Positions 1-8,997 of a stretch of 38,978 bases of DNA are shown here, one piece after another. A model generated the notes under the pieces. That model made no database searches. It was not told the origin of the DNA and saw only the letters and a program-made list of their open reading frames with translations. The stretch is taken from the IMG/VR virus record IMGVR_UViG_2645728091_000012. One strand, written 5' to 3'. The stretch's first letter is position 1. The number at the start of each line of letters is the position of its first letter. Source of the stretch: a virus. Lineage: Duplodnaviria > Heunggongvirae > Uroviricota > Caudoviricetes. The translations under genes were made by a program, and so were the position numbers.

Positions 1-1020
1 TTAATCCCCCGTGGACACTGCGTGGACACTTACGCCACCTTTCAGCGGATTAAGGGCCACCGCATCCTGCAGGTAATCCGGTGCAAAATGCGCATATGCC
101 ATTGTTTGCTGAATGGTTGCGTGACCAAGAATCTTCTGAAGCGCAATAATGTTTCCTCCGTTCATCACAAAATGGCTGGCGAACGTATGCCGCAGCACAT
201 GTGCAGCCTGGCCTTTTGGTAAATCGGGCTTAACTCTTTTCAGCGCCAGGCAGAATTCCCGGTACTTCACCTCAAACAAGCTGCCTGTTTCTCTGGTTTT
301 GATCGCCTCACAAACTGCCTGCGAAACTGGCACTGTTCTCTTCCGGCCATTTTTGGTTTCAAGAAACGTTACACGGTTATGAACTATCTGTTCACCACGA
401 AGCTTACAGGCTTCACTCCAGCGCGCCCCTGTGCTTAAACACAAAAGCGCAACACGCCAGTAGTCGCCCTCCAGTGTATCGAGCAATAGCGCCACTTCCT
501 TCTGTGACAGGAACGCCATTTCTCGTGGAGATACATAAAGAATAGAAATTCCCCTTACTGGATGTTCTGCATCCCAAAGACCTATTTTTTTCAGCACGGT
601 AAACATTCCGGATAACCGATTCATGTACCTGTTAGCAGATGACGGTTTCAATCCTTCAGCTATCTTTTGAGAACGCCACGCGATAATTTTCAGCTTATCA
701 AGATCCACAGCCTGCATATCAGCGCCAAGCTCATTAATTATGTTGCGCAGTTGTTTTCGGTCTTCTTCCGCCTTACGCCTGTGCTGGCCGTGATACATCC
801 ACCACAACTCAAGCAAATCATTTAGCGTTCGACGATCACGGTAGCCCTGTATATATTCCCGCTTTTCAGCGTTCGCCATGATGTAGCGTTCAGTGGCCAC
901 CGCTACCGATTTTTTGTCAAATACCTTACGCACGCGCTTTCCCTTGCGTCCGTTCGGCCTGATGTCCAGCAAATAACGACCATCTTCGAGCTTCTTAATC
1001 GACATTACGAAGCCCTCCAA
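1..1020 (-). CDS. int: Tyrosine site-specific integrase (P2 Int-like)
   Basis: 339-aa ORF; C-terminal tyrosine-recombinase catalytic region (HVLRHTFASHF...LGHATIQQTMAYAH); sits at prophage edge divergent from cox, adjacent to repressor. Confidence 0.9.
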   Translation of the reverse strand: MEGFVMSIKKLEDGRYLLDIRPNGRKGKRVRKVFDKKSVAVATERYIMANAEKREYIQGYRDRRTLNDLLELWWMYHGQHRRKAEEDRKQLRNIINELGADMQAVDLDKLKIIAWRSQKIAEGLKPSSANRYMNRLSGMFTVLKKIGLWDAEHPVRGISILYVSPREMAFLSQKEVALLLDTLEGDYWRVALLCLSTGARWSEACKLRGEQIVHNRVTFLETKNGRKRTVPVSQAVCEAIKTRETGSLFEVKYREFCLALKRVKPDLPKGQAAHVLRHTFASHFVMNGGNIIALQKILGHATIQQTMAYAHFAPDYLQDAVALNPLKGGVSVHAVSTGD

Positions 1021-1101
1021 TGAACCGCTCTACAATTTCTCCAGCCTCTTTCCAGCAATAATCAGACCAGACAAAAAGCAGGTCTAACCAGTTTTCTGGC
1101 C

Positions 1102-1422
1102 TCAGCGGGATAATTTTTGGATTGTTTCGGTTGAAACGCGATCTCCCTCCGAATTGCAGGAACCATCAAGAGAGAGAGCCGGAGAAATTTGCCCGACCTC
1201 CGGCATCGTTTCATCTGTTGATAACCAATAAGCATACTTCTTAAATTTAGGGTGTTTCGTAACCTTAAGTAAGGCACCCTCTGTTACTTGCTTCCCCCTC
1301 ACCTCATAGTTAGTTACCGTCCCATAAGGCAGCCCAACACAATCCGCAAACTCCTGGCGGGTCATACCTTCTGCTTCACGAATCAGGCGAAATTTTTCAC
1401 CCATGCTTGACAAAGATGCCAT
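1102..1422 (-). CDS. C: Immunity repressor, P2 C-type
   Basis: Resembles P2 C (GLPYGT..YE..G, KYAYWL, GQISPAL). Start chosen at MASLSSM (rc of 1420-1422) because GGAGGA lies ~10 nt upstream; the ORF track start at 1476 is probably too long. Confidence 0.75.
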   Translation of the reverse strand: MASLSSMGEKFRLIREAEGMTRQEFADCVGLPYGTVTNYEVRGKQVTEGALLKVTKHPKFKKYAYWLSTDETMPEVGQISPALSLDGSCNSEGDRVSTETIQKLSR

Positions 1423-1480
1423 ATCGGGCATATCCTCCATCGCAACATGCCACATCGGGCACAAACATAAAAACACTCAA

Positions 1481-1510
1481 ATAAGCCGATATAAGCCATT
1501 TTGAGCCATT
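1481..1510. promoter_or_regulatory. Three tandem 10-bp repeats (ATAAGCCGAT/ATAAGCCATT/TTGAGCCATT) in the C-cox intergenic region; candidate repressor operator over the early promoter
   Basis: Direct repeats with exact 10-bp periodicity between divergent C and cox genes; P2 C is known to bind direct repeats flanking the early promoter. Confidence 0.45.
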
Positions 1511-1535
1511 CGAACGAATTAGGGAGATTACCACA

Positions 1536-1823
1536 ATGAGCGAATCAGAGCTTGGGGGGTTCATTCAGGTAGCACCATATCCACTTGAAGCGGTGCCATA
1601 TCAACTATTCGCCAAGATGATCGGCCGCAAGGAATCCACAGTCAGAACCATGATTGACGCAGCAAAGCTACCGACAATTGACTTTGTGAAACCAGGTTCA
1701 GTAAAGACGCGTGCATCAGAAAACTGGGTATATCTGCCAGCATTTAACGAAGGCATGCGCAAAGCGTTTTTTGAGCAACCGAAAGAACGCCGCGACGCAT
1801 GGTTGTTGTGGCTGGGACTTTAG
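1536..1823 (+). CDS. cox: Cox-like excisionase / early transcriptional regulator
   Basis: 95-aa ORF divergent from C; P2 Cox-like features (IPYQLFAKMIG, YWVYLPA, C-terminal WLLWLGL); good context. Confidence 0.75.
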   Translation: MSESELGGFIQVAPYPLEAVPYQLFAKMIGRKESTVRTMIDAAKLPTIDFVKPGSVKTRASENWVYLPAFNEGMRKAFFEQPKERRDAWLLWLGL

Positions 1824-1829
1824 TCATAA

Positions 1830-2036
1830 ATGACCAGCCATATCATCAGCGCCATTCTGACCCTTGTTTTTATTGAGATAGGCGTAATAGAGATCTATTT
1901 GTTTCGCAAGTTAACGGGACATGAAGAACGCTTTATTGAACTCAGCATTGAATATATCGCCGCTTATACCAAAGGACTTTTCCCGGCAGCTATTGGGGCG
2001 ATGTTTATAGCGTTTGTTATCTGGTTTATCGGGTGA
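1830..2036 (+). CDS. Hypothetical small membrane protein
   Basis: 68-aa ORF immediately after cox, two hydrophobic segments. Confidence 0.4.
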   Translation: MTSHIISAILTLVFIEIGVIEIYLFRKLTGHEERFIELSIEYIAAYTKGLFPAAIGAMFIAFVIWFIG

Positions 2037-2288
2037 GAAACCTGACAACCCACAACTACTGCAATGAGGGTAATTATGTGTGGCATGGACAAATTGGACC
2101 TTATGTTAATTGTAATACTATCAATTAACTTCGGTTACCTCTTAAGCGGCGCAATTCTCATGTGCGGAGGCAAACGAAAATGAACCAGCAGTCCGCAAAA
2201 CGTGAAAACAATGCGATGCGATTTAATCGCAAATATTTTGAGTTCGGCCTCTATGCCGGAATAATTAAATCTGTACAGAGTCTTTAAC

Positions 2289-2630
2289 ATGAAACAGCAA
2301 CGTAATTCACGCTTTCGCAATGGTGCAGAACGCCACGCTAACCGTTTTGCTACCAGTGCATCACGCAGCAACATCCGCTACAGCCTGAGTGATACACACG
2401 CAACGCCGGATGGCTACCCAGTAAAACAAATCGGCGAGCATGCCTGGCTGATTGAGAAAGCTGGAATCGTGATCCACAAATGCCCACACAATCCGTTTAG
2501 CGGAAACCGCATTTTTGCTCTAAGCAGTGGCGACAATCAGTTCGGGCAGGATTTCACATTATACGAAGCACTTCGCACGGTTGATCGTCTGCTTCGCGGG
2601 CAAAGTTTTATTAAACAGGCTGATTTATAA
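2289..2630 (+). CDS. Hypothetical early protein (possibly regulatory)
   Basis: 113-aa ORF in early operon; no motif recognised. Confidence 0.5.
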   Translation: MKQQRNSRFRNGAERHANRFATSASRSNIRYSLSDTHATPDGYPVKQIGEHAWLIEKAGIVIHKCPHNPFSGNRIFALSSGDNQFGQDFTLYEALRTVDRLLRGQSFIKQADL

Positions 2631-2640
2631 CAGGTGCTTT

Positions 2641-2928
2641 ATGACCAAAGACCATGCACAAGGTGTATTTATCCGTTTTATTGATTTTCGCGGTGAACTG
2701 TTATTACGTGCATCCGCTATTGACGGAGTGACTCCGGCGGGTAAAAACGGAGCCGACGAAGCCACTTACGTTTATCTGAACGGCACGCGACTGCTTCTGG
2801 AACTTCCGTACCAGACCGTACGAGAAATCATTAGCGAAGCTGAAAAGGCACGCCAGGCTAATGGCGATGAACCCTATATCGAAATTATTTGTATGGATTC
2901 AGAAGCTGAAATACAGAAAGCAGATTAA
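2641..2928 (+). CDS. Hypothetical early protein
   Basis: ATG at 2641 preceded by AGGTG; the longer ORF-track start at 2527 would overlap the upstream gene. Confidence 0.5.
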   Translation: MTKDHAQGVFIRFIDFRGELLLRASAIDGVTPAGKNGADEATYVYLNGTRLLLELPYQTVREIISEAEKARQANGDEPYIEIICMDSEAEIQKAD

Positions 2929-2936
2929 AGGGCGTT

Positions 2937-3182
2937 GTGATGGGCAAAGAATATAAAACTCTCATTAACAAAGCACTTGAGCGTTTTTATTTTCGCTTAA
3001 GTGCATCAGGCGCTCATGCTGAACGTGCGGCCCGTGACTCATTGACCAGAGCAATCCGAAGTCTGTATGACGTGGCTTTTTACGCTGATGATCTGGATGC
3101 ACTTAACGAACTTTCCGAGCTGATCTGTGCCGCAGAATGCGGGGAACATATTGAACCGTATAAGCTGGGGAATATCGCATGA
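2937..3182 (+). CDS. Hypothetical early protein
   Basis: 81-aa ORF, tightly packed in operon. Confidence 0.5.
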   Translation: MMGKEYKTLINKALERFYFRLSASGAHAERAARDSLTRAIRSLYDVAFYADDLDALNELSELICAAECGEHIEPYKLGNIA

Positions 3183-3378
3183 GTATATTTATCTCATGGC
3201 TTGTTCTGATTATTTCGGTGGCCTGCGCTATTGGGATTATGCGAATTATTCATTCAATAAAAAAGATTGAACGTTTTTTCACTGGCGAATAACAGAGCAA
3301 ATAAAACCACAGATAAAATAAGAAAATGTAAAAACAATCCGCATTAGCGGAGGTATTCGCACACGCCAAGGAGGCGTA

Positions 3379-3582
3379 ATGGCAATTAAGCATTTTCCTG
3401 TCGTTCGTTTTACCTCCAGAGGGCGTGAATACGAAGTCGACGAACGCCTGATTACCACAATCGACAAACACCGTTCGGAAAAGGATGCACACCACATCTA
3501 CCTCACTGACGGCACTTACTTCTGCGCCACCAACGTGGCGCGGGTGAATCTTATCCGACAGGTACAGGAGCCACGCAGATGA
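3379..3582 (+). CDS. Hypothetical early protein
   Basis: 67-aa ORF with AAGGAGG RBS; stop overlaps next start (ATGA). Confidence 0.55.
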   Translation: MAIKHFPVVRFTSRGREYEVDERLITTIDKHRSEKDAHHIYLTDGTYFCATNVARVNLIRQVQEPRR

Positions 3583-3845
3583 CCATTCTGGACTACATCG
3601 CTACCCATCCGGGTTGTAGCGGCGGAGAAATCGCCGCAGCACTGAATACCCCAACCACAGCCATCAATGCTGAGTTACGCCGACTCTGGCGCGGCGGCTT
3701 AGTCATCAGAACAAACCGCAGCACAGGTGGTCGCGCTCGCAAAACTGGAGGCCAGGCTTCTTACCACGTAAACCCGATGCCGTTCGGGTGTAGCAATCCA
3801 CTTACTCACATGTTTAACCAGCTACTGAAGGAAACCAGAGCATGA
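3579..3845 (+). CDS. Hypothetical early protein, possible winged-helix DNA binding
   Basis: 88-aa ORF translationally coupled to both neighbours. Confidence 0.5.
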   Translation: MTILDYIATHPGCSGGEIAAALNTPTTAINAELRRLWRGGLVIRTNRSTGGRARKTGGQASYHVNPMPFGCSNPLTHMFNQLLKETRA

Positions 3846-4141
3846 GCACCATCAATCACCAGAAGCTACGCGAACTGGCATTTGCCCTGCAACGAATGGC
3901 AACGCCTCAAAAATTACTGGTATTTCGCGCAATGCTCTCGCCGTCTGCTGTGCTGGCACTGCTGGATGAGCTGGAGCACGCCAGAACCACGGCTCCTGCC
4001 ATTCGCCTGACGCTCCATCATGAAATCGCTGATTTCTGCGCGACGTTGAAGGCGCCAGGCGAACCGGAAACACCGGAAGCAATACAGCAAGAGCTGCTGC
4101 AACGCATTGACAAGGTTTTTGATTTTTTTCTGAACCAGTAA
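3842..4141 (+). CDS. Hypothetical early protein
   Basis: 99-aa ORF, ATGA overlap with upstream gene. Confidence 0.5.
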   Translation: MSTINHQKLRELAFALQRMATPQKLLVFRAMLSPSAVLALLDELEHARTTAPAIRLTLHHEIADFCATLKAPGEPETPEAIQQELLQRIDKVFDFFLNQ

Positions 4142-4264
4142 GAAACCAGAACATGCACACACAAAAAAACCGCTTGCCATGCCGCAATCAGTCAGGTTAC
4201 ATTTCCGCTGCACCTCACAAAACGGGTGTCGGGTTTCGCAGCCTGCTGACTACACAAGCGCACA

Positions 4265-4284
4265 ACCGCGCCAGCGGTTTTTTT
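4265..4284 (+). terminator. Candidate intrinsic terminator (ACCGC-GCCA-GCGGT followed by T7)
   Basis: 5-bp GC stem, 4-nt loop, 7-T run downstream of the 3379-4141 gene cluster. Confidence 0.4.
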
Positions 4285-4463
4285 GTGCGTACTGTATTGC
4301 CACGTTTTTTTCGCGTCAGAATTATGGCGGGGCGTACGGGGCCGACTTCGGTCGGGCCGGGTTCTTGTGTAGCCGGTACTGCGAACCTCGTACGTCTCGC
4401 CACCCACAGTTTCGCAGCTCTGGATGGTGAGTTTTCACAACTTACTACACAAGGGGCCACACC

Positions 4464-4694
4464 ATGGCAAACCGCAAACCACACCGCGCTATCGCGGAGC
4501 GTCGTCACATCCAGACTGAAATCAACCGCAGACTTTCCCGCGCATCACGCGTCGCGCAAATCATGCACATCAATATGCTGCATGAGCGCAGCCACGCACT
4601 ATCAAACATTTATTCCGCCTCTGTTTTCAGCTATCTGGCGGATGATCTGCACGAGCTTCAACAGCTCATCCAGCAGCAAAACAAACTCCATTAA
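4464..4694 (+). CDS. Hypothetical early protein
   Basis: 76-aa ORF with AAGGGG RBS 8 nt upstream. Confidence 0.5.
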   Translation: MANRKPHRAIAERRHIQTEINRRLSRASRVAQIMHINMLHERSHALSNIYSASVFSYLADDLHELQQLIQQQNKLH

Positions 4695-4766
4695 TTCCTG
4701 TTCCGGGCCTTTCCTGCACCTTGCGGCGGGAGGCCTTCGCACATCTGTAACAAGAGGATTGCCGCA

Positions 4767-5132
4767 ATGATTCTCGCCAACGACTTTCTTGAATACCTGC
4801 TCAACACAGAACGTGATCTTGCCGCTCGCGTGCGTGATCGTTATGACATGTACCAGAAATCCCTGCCTGTACCGCAGCTCGCTGACGGAAAGATTGTTAT
4901 TGATGGTCGCTACATGATTGACAGCCACGAGGGAAATTACAGGCTTTACCGCATTGAAGATGGCACCCCGTCCGTTATTGGCATTTACCAGCGCCCATCC
5001 TCTGCAATCGTCGATGTGATTGCCGACAGCATCCGCATCACACATCGCCATGCCGACACAGAAGACACCGTGCTGGAAATTCAGCGGCTGGCTGCCGTCT
5101 GCCGCGACACCCTGAATGGCATGACGAAGTAA
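4767..5132 (+). CDS. Hypothetical early protein
   Basis: 121-aa ORF with AAGAGG RBS, directly upstream of replication gene. Confidence 0.55.
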   Translation: MILANDFLEYLLNTERDLAARVRDRYDMYQKSLPVPQLADGKIVIDGRYMIDSHEGNYRLYRIEDGTPSVIGIYQRPSSAIVDVIADSIRITHRHADTEDTVLEIQRLAAVCRDTLNGMTK

Positions 5133-5138
5133 ATCACT

Positions 5139-7949
5139 ATGACGGCAGAGTACATCAGGGACTGGCAACAACCGCGCCACGCAGTGGGGCGTGAAGGAAC
5201 GGGGATCCCCGTTCCTGAATCCGCGCTTTCCTCCTGGCTGGATGCCTACCGGGCAGAGAACGAGCGCCGCCAGGAAATGGCTGATGCGGCGTTCTCCGCC
5301 ACGCCGCTGGGCAACCTGATTAATAAAAGCCTGGACGCACAGGAAAAACAGGACAAAACCATCACACTGGCAGGAGACGCCAGAAAACAGGCACGCGGCG
5401 CGGTGGATGAAGCCATGGCCTCGCTGCGCCTGCTGCCGTCCTATCTGCGCGATCCGCTTATTCGCCACCTCTCCTTCCTGCGCAAAAAACAGGAAGCCGA
5501 TCGCCGGAAAGGCAAAAAGAGCTGGCAGGCTGAACGCTACGCGCGCGGAACACTGCGCAAAATATTCGAACGTCTGGACCGCACCGACCACCGCTGGCTG
5601 ACACCGGGTTATCGCTCCCTTGCCGGACGCGAACGCCTGGATGATTTGCTTTACCTGCCGCAGCTCAACCAGTACCAGATACAGACGCTGGCCACCATGA
5701 CGGCGGCGATGTTCAGCAGCACCTTCGAAAAACTCTGCGATGGCTTTGGCGCGACCGATGGCGAACTGACCATGGATGTAACGCTGAAGGCGTATCAGAT
5801 GCTGGCCCGCATGGCGTTACACCTGCACGCCATGCCGCCACATTACGAAGCTCTGAACAAGAGCGATCCGGATACGGAACTGTTACCGGGCGCAATCCTT
5901 CGCCTGACCTGTGCGGAATGGTGGAAACGCAAACTGTGGCTGTTACGTTGCGAGTGGCGGGAAGAACAACTCCGCGCCGCCTGTCTGGTTTCCAGAAAAA
6001 CATCGCCCTATCTGAGCCAGGACGCGTTAAGCGAGTTTCGCGCACAGCGCGAGAAAACACGCGATTTCCTGAAAAGTTTCATTCTGGAAAACGAAGACGG
6101 GTTCACGATTGATCTCGAGACAGTGTATTACGCGGGAGTAAGTAACCCGGTTCACCGTAAGGCAGAAATGATGGCCACCATGAAGGGGCTGGAACTTCTG
6201 GCCGAAGCCCGTGGCGACAAAGCGGTGTTTCTGACCATCACCTGCCCGTCAAAATACCACGCCACAACAGAGAACGGTCATCCGAATCCCAAATGGAACG
6301 GGGCCACCATGCGCGACTCCAGCGATTACCTGGTTAACACGTTTTTTGCGGCGGTCCGCAAGAAACTGAACCGCGACGGCCTGCGCTGGTATGGCATCCG
6401 CACGGTGGAGCCTCACCATGACGGCACCGTGCACTGGCATATGATGGTCTTTGCTCATCCGGAAGAAATCGACACCATTGTGTCCCACACCCGCGATATT
6501 GCCATTCAGGAAGATCGTCACGAGCTGGGTGATGATATTACCCCACGCTTTAAGGCGGAGTACGTCGACGGCTCAAAAGGCACGCCAACCAGCTACATCG
6601 CCACCTACATCGGAAAGAACCTGGACAGCCGCGCCGTAGATGGCATCGACCCGAAAACGGGCAAGCCACGCGTTGACCACGAAACCGGAAAATCAATGGC
6701 CGAGAGCGTGGAACGCGCCATCGGCTGGGCGCGCCTTCACCGTGTCCGCCAGTTCCAGTTCTTTGGTATCCCCTCCCGTCAGGTGTGGCGTGAACTCCGC
6801 CGCCTTGCCAGCCAGATGGCACGCAACCCGGAAGGCCCGCAACGGCTGAAGGATGACGCAATGGATGCGGTACTCGCTGCCGCTGATGCCGGATGTTTTG
6901 CCACCTACATAGAGAAACAGGGCGGCGTACTTGTTCCACGCAAAGACTACCTGATTCGCACCGCCTACGACCTCGCAGATGAGCTGAACGATTACGGCGA
7001 ACAGAGCGTACAGATTTACGGGATCTGGTCGCCGCTCATCGGGGAGTCTTCCCGCGTATGCACGCATCCGGATAACTGGAAGCTGGTAAGACGCAAACCG
7101 GAAGCGGAAGACAGCTCCCACGAAAATGGTTTTGACCTTCAGGGCGGCCCTGCCGCCCCTTGGACTCGTGGCAATAACTGTCCCCGTGTACAGGAAACGA
7201 ACAACAACGGGACAGAACAGCCGGAAGAACGGCCAGCACCGTGGCCGCAGCTCCCTGATGGCGTTGAAGTGAACGAATGGATGCGCTCACTGAAACGGCA
7301 CGAACGCCGGGCGCTGATGCGTTCGCTTCGTGACAAACAGGCAAAAAACAGCAGTGATGAAATGCAGAGCTGGACACAGAGCCGCAAACAGCAGCGGCCT
7401 TTGCCTGATAACCACGAATTACTCGCTAAAGAATGGCGGGAATCTGCCGAATCTCTCGGCCTGCATATCGGTGAACAGCAGATGCAGCACCTGTTACGGG
7501 GCGGCAGCCTGTACGTTGACGGCAGCATCATTGCACCGCAGGGATTTGAAATTGTACGCAAACCGGATACCAGCCCGGACAGCCGAATCACGCAGCTCTG
7601 GCAGCGCCTGAGCCGTAATCACGGCGTAAGCAGCACAGAGATCCGCCATAACCCGGTCGCCAGCTATCTGGAACAACTGGGGGCATCAGACCCCGAAGCC
7701 GCCGCACGTCTGGCATCCACACTTCAGCAGGACCAGAACACCATGAAACCCCCCGTTACCGTGCTTTCTGACATGCTGCGCGCCATCCGTGACACAGAGC
7801 ACGCACAAAGAATCAATGAAACCACTGAACGCGCACGCCGCAAGGCTACTTTGCTCCAAAAGAGAGGCAAACAGCACTTTAGTAATCAAAATGATGATGA
7901 GAAAAAACAATTACAAAGTTGGATATGCCTTTTCCATCATGAGGGATGA
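5139..7949 (+). CDS. A: Rolling-circle replication initiation endonuclease (P2 gpA-like)
   Basis: 936-aa ORF; HUH-type motif (TVHWHMMVF) and gpA-like organisation; position after early operon. Confidence 0.85.
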   Translation: MTAEYIRDWQQPRHAVGREGTGIPVPESALSSWLDAYRAENERRQEMADAAFSATPLGNLINKSLDAQEKQDKTITLAGDARKQARGAVDEAMASLRLLPSYLRDPLIRHLSFLRKKQEADRRKGKKSWQAERYARGTLRKIFERLDRTDHRWLTPGYRSLAGRERLDDLLYLPQLNQYQIQTLATMTAAMFSSTFEKLCDGFGATDGELTMDVTLKAYQMLARMALHLHAMPPHYEALNKSDPDTELLPGAILRLTCAEWWKRKLWLLRCEWREEQLRAACLVSRKTSPYLSQDALSEFRAQREKTRDFLKSFILENEDGFTIDLETVYYAGVSNPVHRKAEMMATMKGLELLAEARGDKAVFLTITCPSKYHATTENGHPNPKWNGATMRDSSDYLVNTFFAAVRKKLNRDGLRWYGIRTVEPHHDGTVHWHMMVFAHPEEIDTIVSHTRDIAIQEDRHELGDDITPRFKAEYVDGSKGTPTSYIATYIGKNLDSRAVDGIDPKTGKPRVDHETGKSMAESVERAIGWARLHRVRQFQFFGIPSRQVWRELRRLASQMARNPEGPQRLKDDAMDAVLAAADAGCFATYIEKQGGVLVPRKDYLIRTAYDLADELNDYGEQSVQIYGIWSPLIGESSRVCTHPDNWKLVRRKPEAEDSSHENGFDLQGGPAAPWTRGNNCPRVQETNNNGTEQPEERPAPWPQLPDGVEVNEWMRSLKRHERRALMRSLRDKQAKNSSDEMQSWTQSRKQQRPLPDNHELLAKEWRESAESLGLHIGEQQMQHLLRGGSLYVDGSIIAPQGFEIVRKPDTSPDSRITQLWQRLSRNHGVSSTEIRHNPVASYLEQLGASDPEAAARLASTLQQDQNTMKPPVTVLSDMLRAIRDTEHAQRINETTERARRKATLLQKRGKQHFSNQNDDEKKQLQSWICLFHHEG

Positions 7950-8134
7950 GATGTGAATCGCTAACCGAATATTGTGTTGAATAGAATGCAATTGATATAA
8001 TTCCCCTTAATTCATTGAAAACTGGATTTTTTGCATAACTATGCAAATATCTATGGACGGCGACGATGTTTTTTATCGGGAAAACTCAAGTGCCATGTTA
8101 AGATTATGTTTATTTTTTACTGAGAAAATCGTGG

Positions 8135-8980
8135 ATGACAAAGCCTTCTCATTTTAGAACCCCTCTTCGTTATCCGGGAGGTAAGGCAAAATTCTTGCCA
8201 CATATTGAACAAATACTCCGCAACAATGATCTCATTGGTGGATGTTATGCTGAACCTTATGCAGGTGGAGCCGGTGTAGCATTAGGTTTGCTCCTTAACG
8301 GTCTTGTTGAAAATATCTTCATAAATGATATTGATCCTGCCCTTTATTCTTTTTGGTTTGCAGTGGTTAATCATAACGATCTGTTATGTGAAATGATTGA
8401 TGAAGTTCCTGTGACTATTGAAAATTGGCATACTCAAAAGGAGATACTCCTAAACAATGATAAATATAGTATGCTTGAAGTCGCATTATCAACTTTCTTT
8501 TTAAATAGAACAAACCGTTCAGGAATACTTAAGGCTGGCGTTATTGGAGGGAAAGAACAAAAAGGACCATGGAAGTTAGATGCAAGATTCAACAAAAAAG
8601 AGTTAATTAAAAGGATTGAACTAATTGGTGCATATAAGGAGAAAATTTACGTATCGAATTTTGATGCTGTAGATTTTCTGCTACACCAAAAAGCATTGCT
8701 ACCCCAAAATAGTCTAATATATCTTGATCCACCTTATTATGTTAAAGGAGCAGAGTTATATAGAAATTTTTATAAACATGATGATCATGTAAAAATCGCT
8801 AATACACTACGGGAAATTCAACTACCTTGGGTTGTGTCTTATGACAATGTGCCTGAAATAAAAAGCATATATCATGAATTCAACATGACTGATTATACGC
8901 TTAATTATACTGCACAAGATAAGAAAAAAGGTCTAGAAATTATCATTTATAATCATGGTATAAAAATCCCTGACATTTAA
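8135..8980 (+). CDS. N6-adenine DNA methyltransferase, Dam/D12 class
   Basis: Motifs seen directly: PGGK near N-terminus, EPYAGGAGV (AdoMet-binding FxGxG-like), FLNRTNRSG, catalytic DPPY; strongly AT-rich compared with flanking phage genes. Confidence 0.8.
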   Translation: MTKPSHFRTPLRYPGGKAKFLPHIEQILRNNDLIGGCYAEPYAGGAGVALGLLLNGLVENIFINDIDPALYSFWFAVVNHNDLLCEMIDEVPVTIENWHTQKEILLNNDKYSMLEVALSTFFLNRTNRSGILKAGVIGGKEQKGPWKLDARFNKKELIKRIELIGAYKEKIYVSNFDAVDFLLHQKALLPQNSLIYLDPPYYVKGAELYRNFYKHDDHVKIANTLREIQLPWVVSYDNVPEIKSIYHEFNMTDYTLNYTAQDKKKGLEIIIYNHGIKIPDI

Positions 8981-8997
8981 ATTTAAGGATGATATAG

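Noticed and set aside
1062-1277. 71-aa minus-strand ORF overlapping the C repressor gene
   Set aside because: Alternative frame of the well-supported C repressor gene.
2105-2129. Dyad GTTAATTG-N9-CAATTAAC as a possible operator
   Set aside because: Falls inside the hydrophobic small ORF 2064-2183 and in AT-rich sequence; could be coincidental.
4142-4463. Possible retron msr-msd ncRNA (long-range inverted repeats resembling a1/a2)
   Set aside because: No reverse transcriptase gene nearby; downstream genes are small early proteins and replication gene A, so the retron interpretation is unsupported.
4153-4770. 205-aa plus-strand ORF and several overlapping ORFs on both strands (4179-4430, 4192-4407, 4215-4508)
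   Set aside because: Low-complexity, Arg/Ser/Thr-rich translations with no RBS, overlapping each other in a GC-rich structured region; better explained as non-coding. The 3' part conflicts with the better-supported genes at 4464-4694 and 4767-5132.
4602-5591. 329-aa minus-strand ORF
   Set aside because: Antisense to replication gene A and the upstream small gene; GC-rich antisense ORF artefact.
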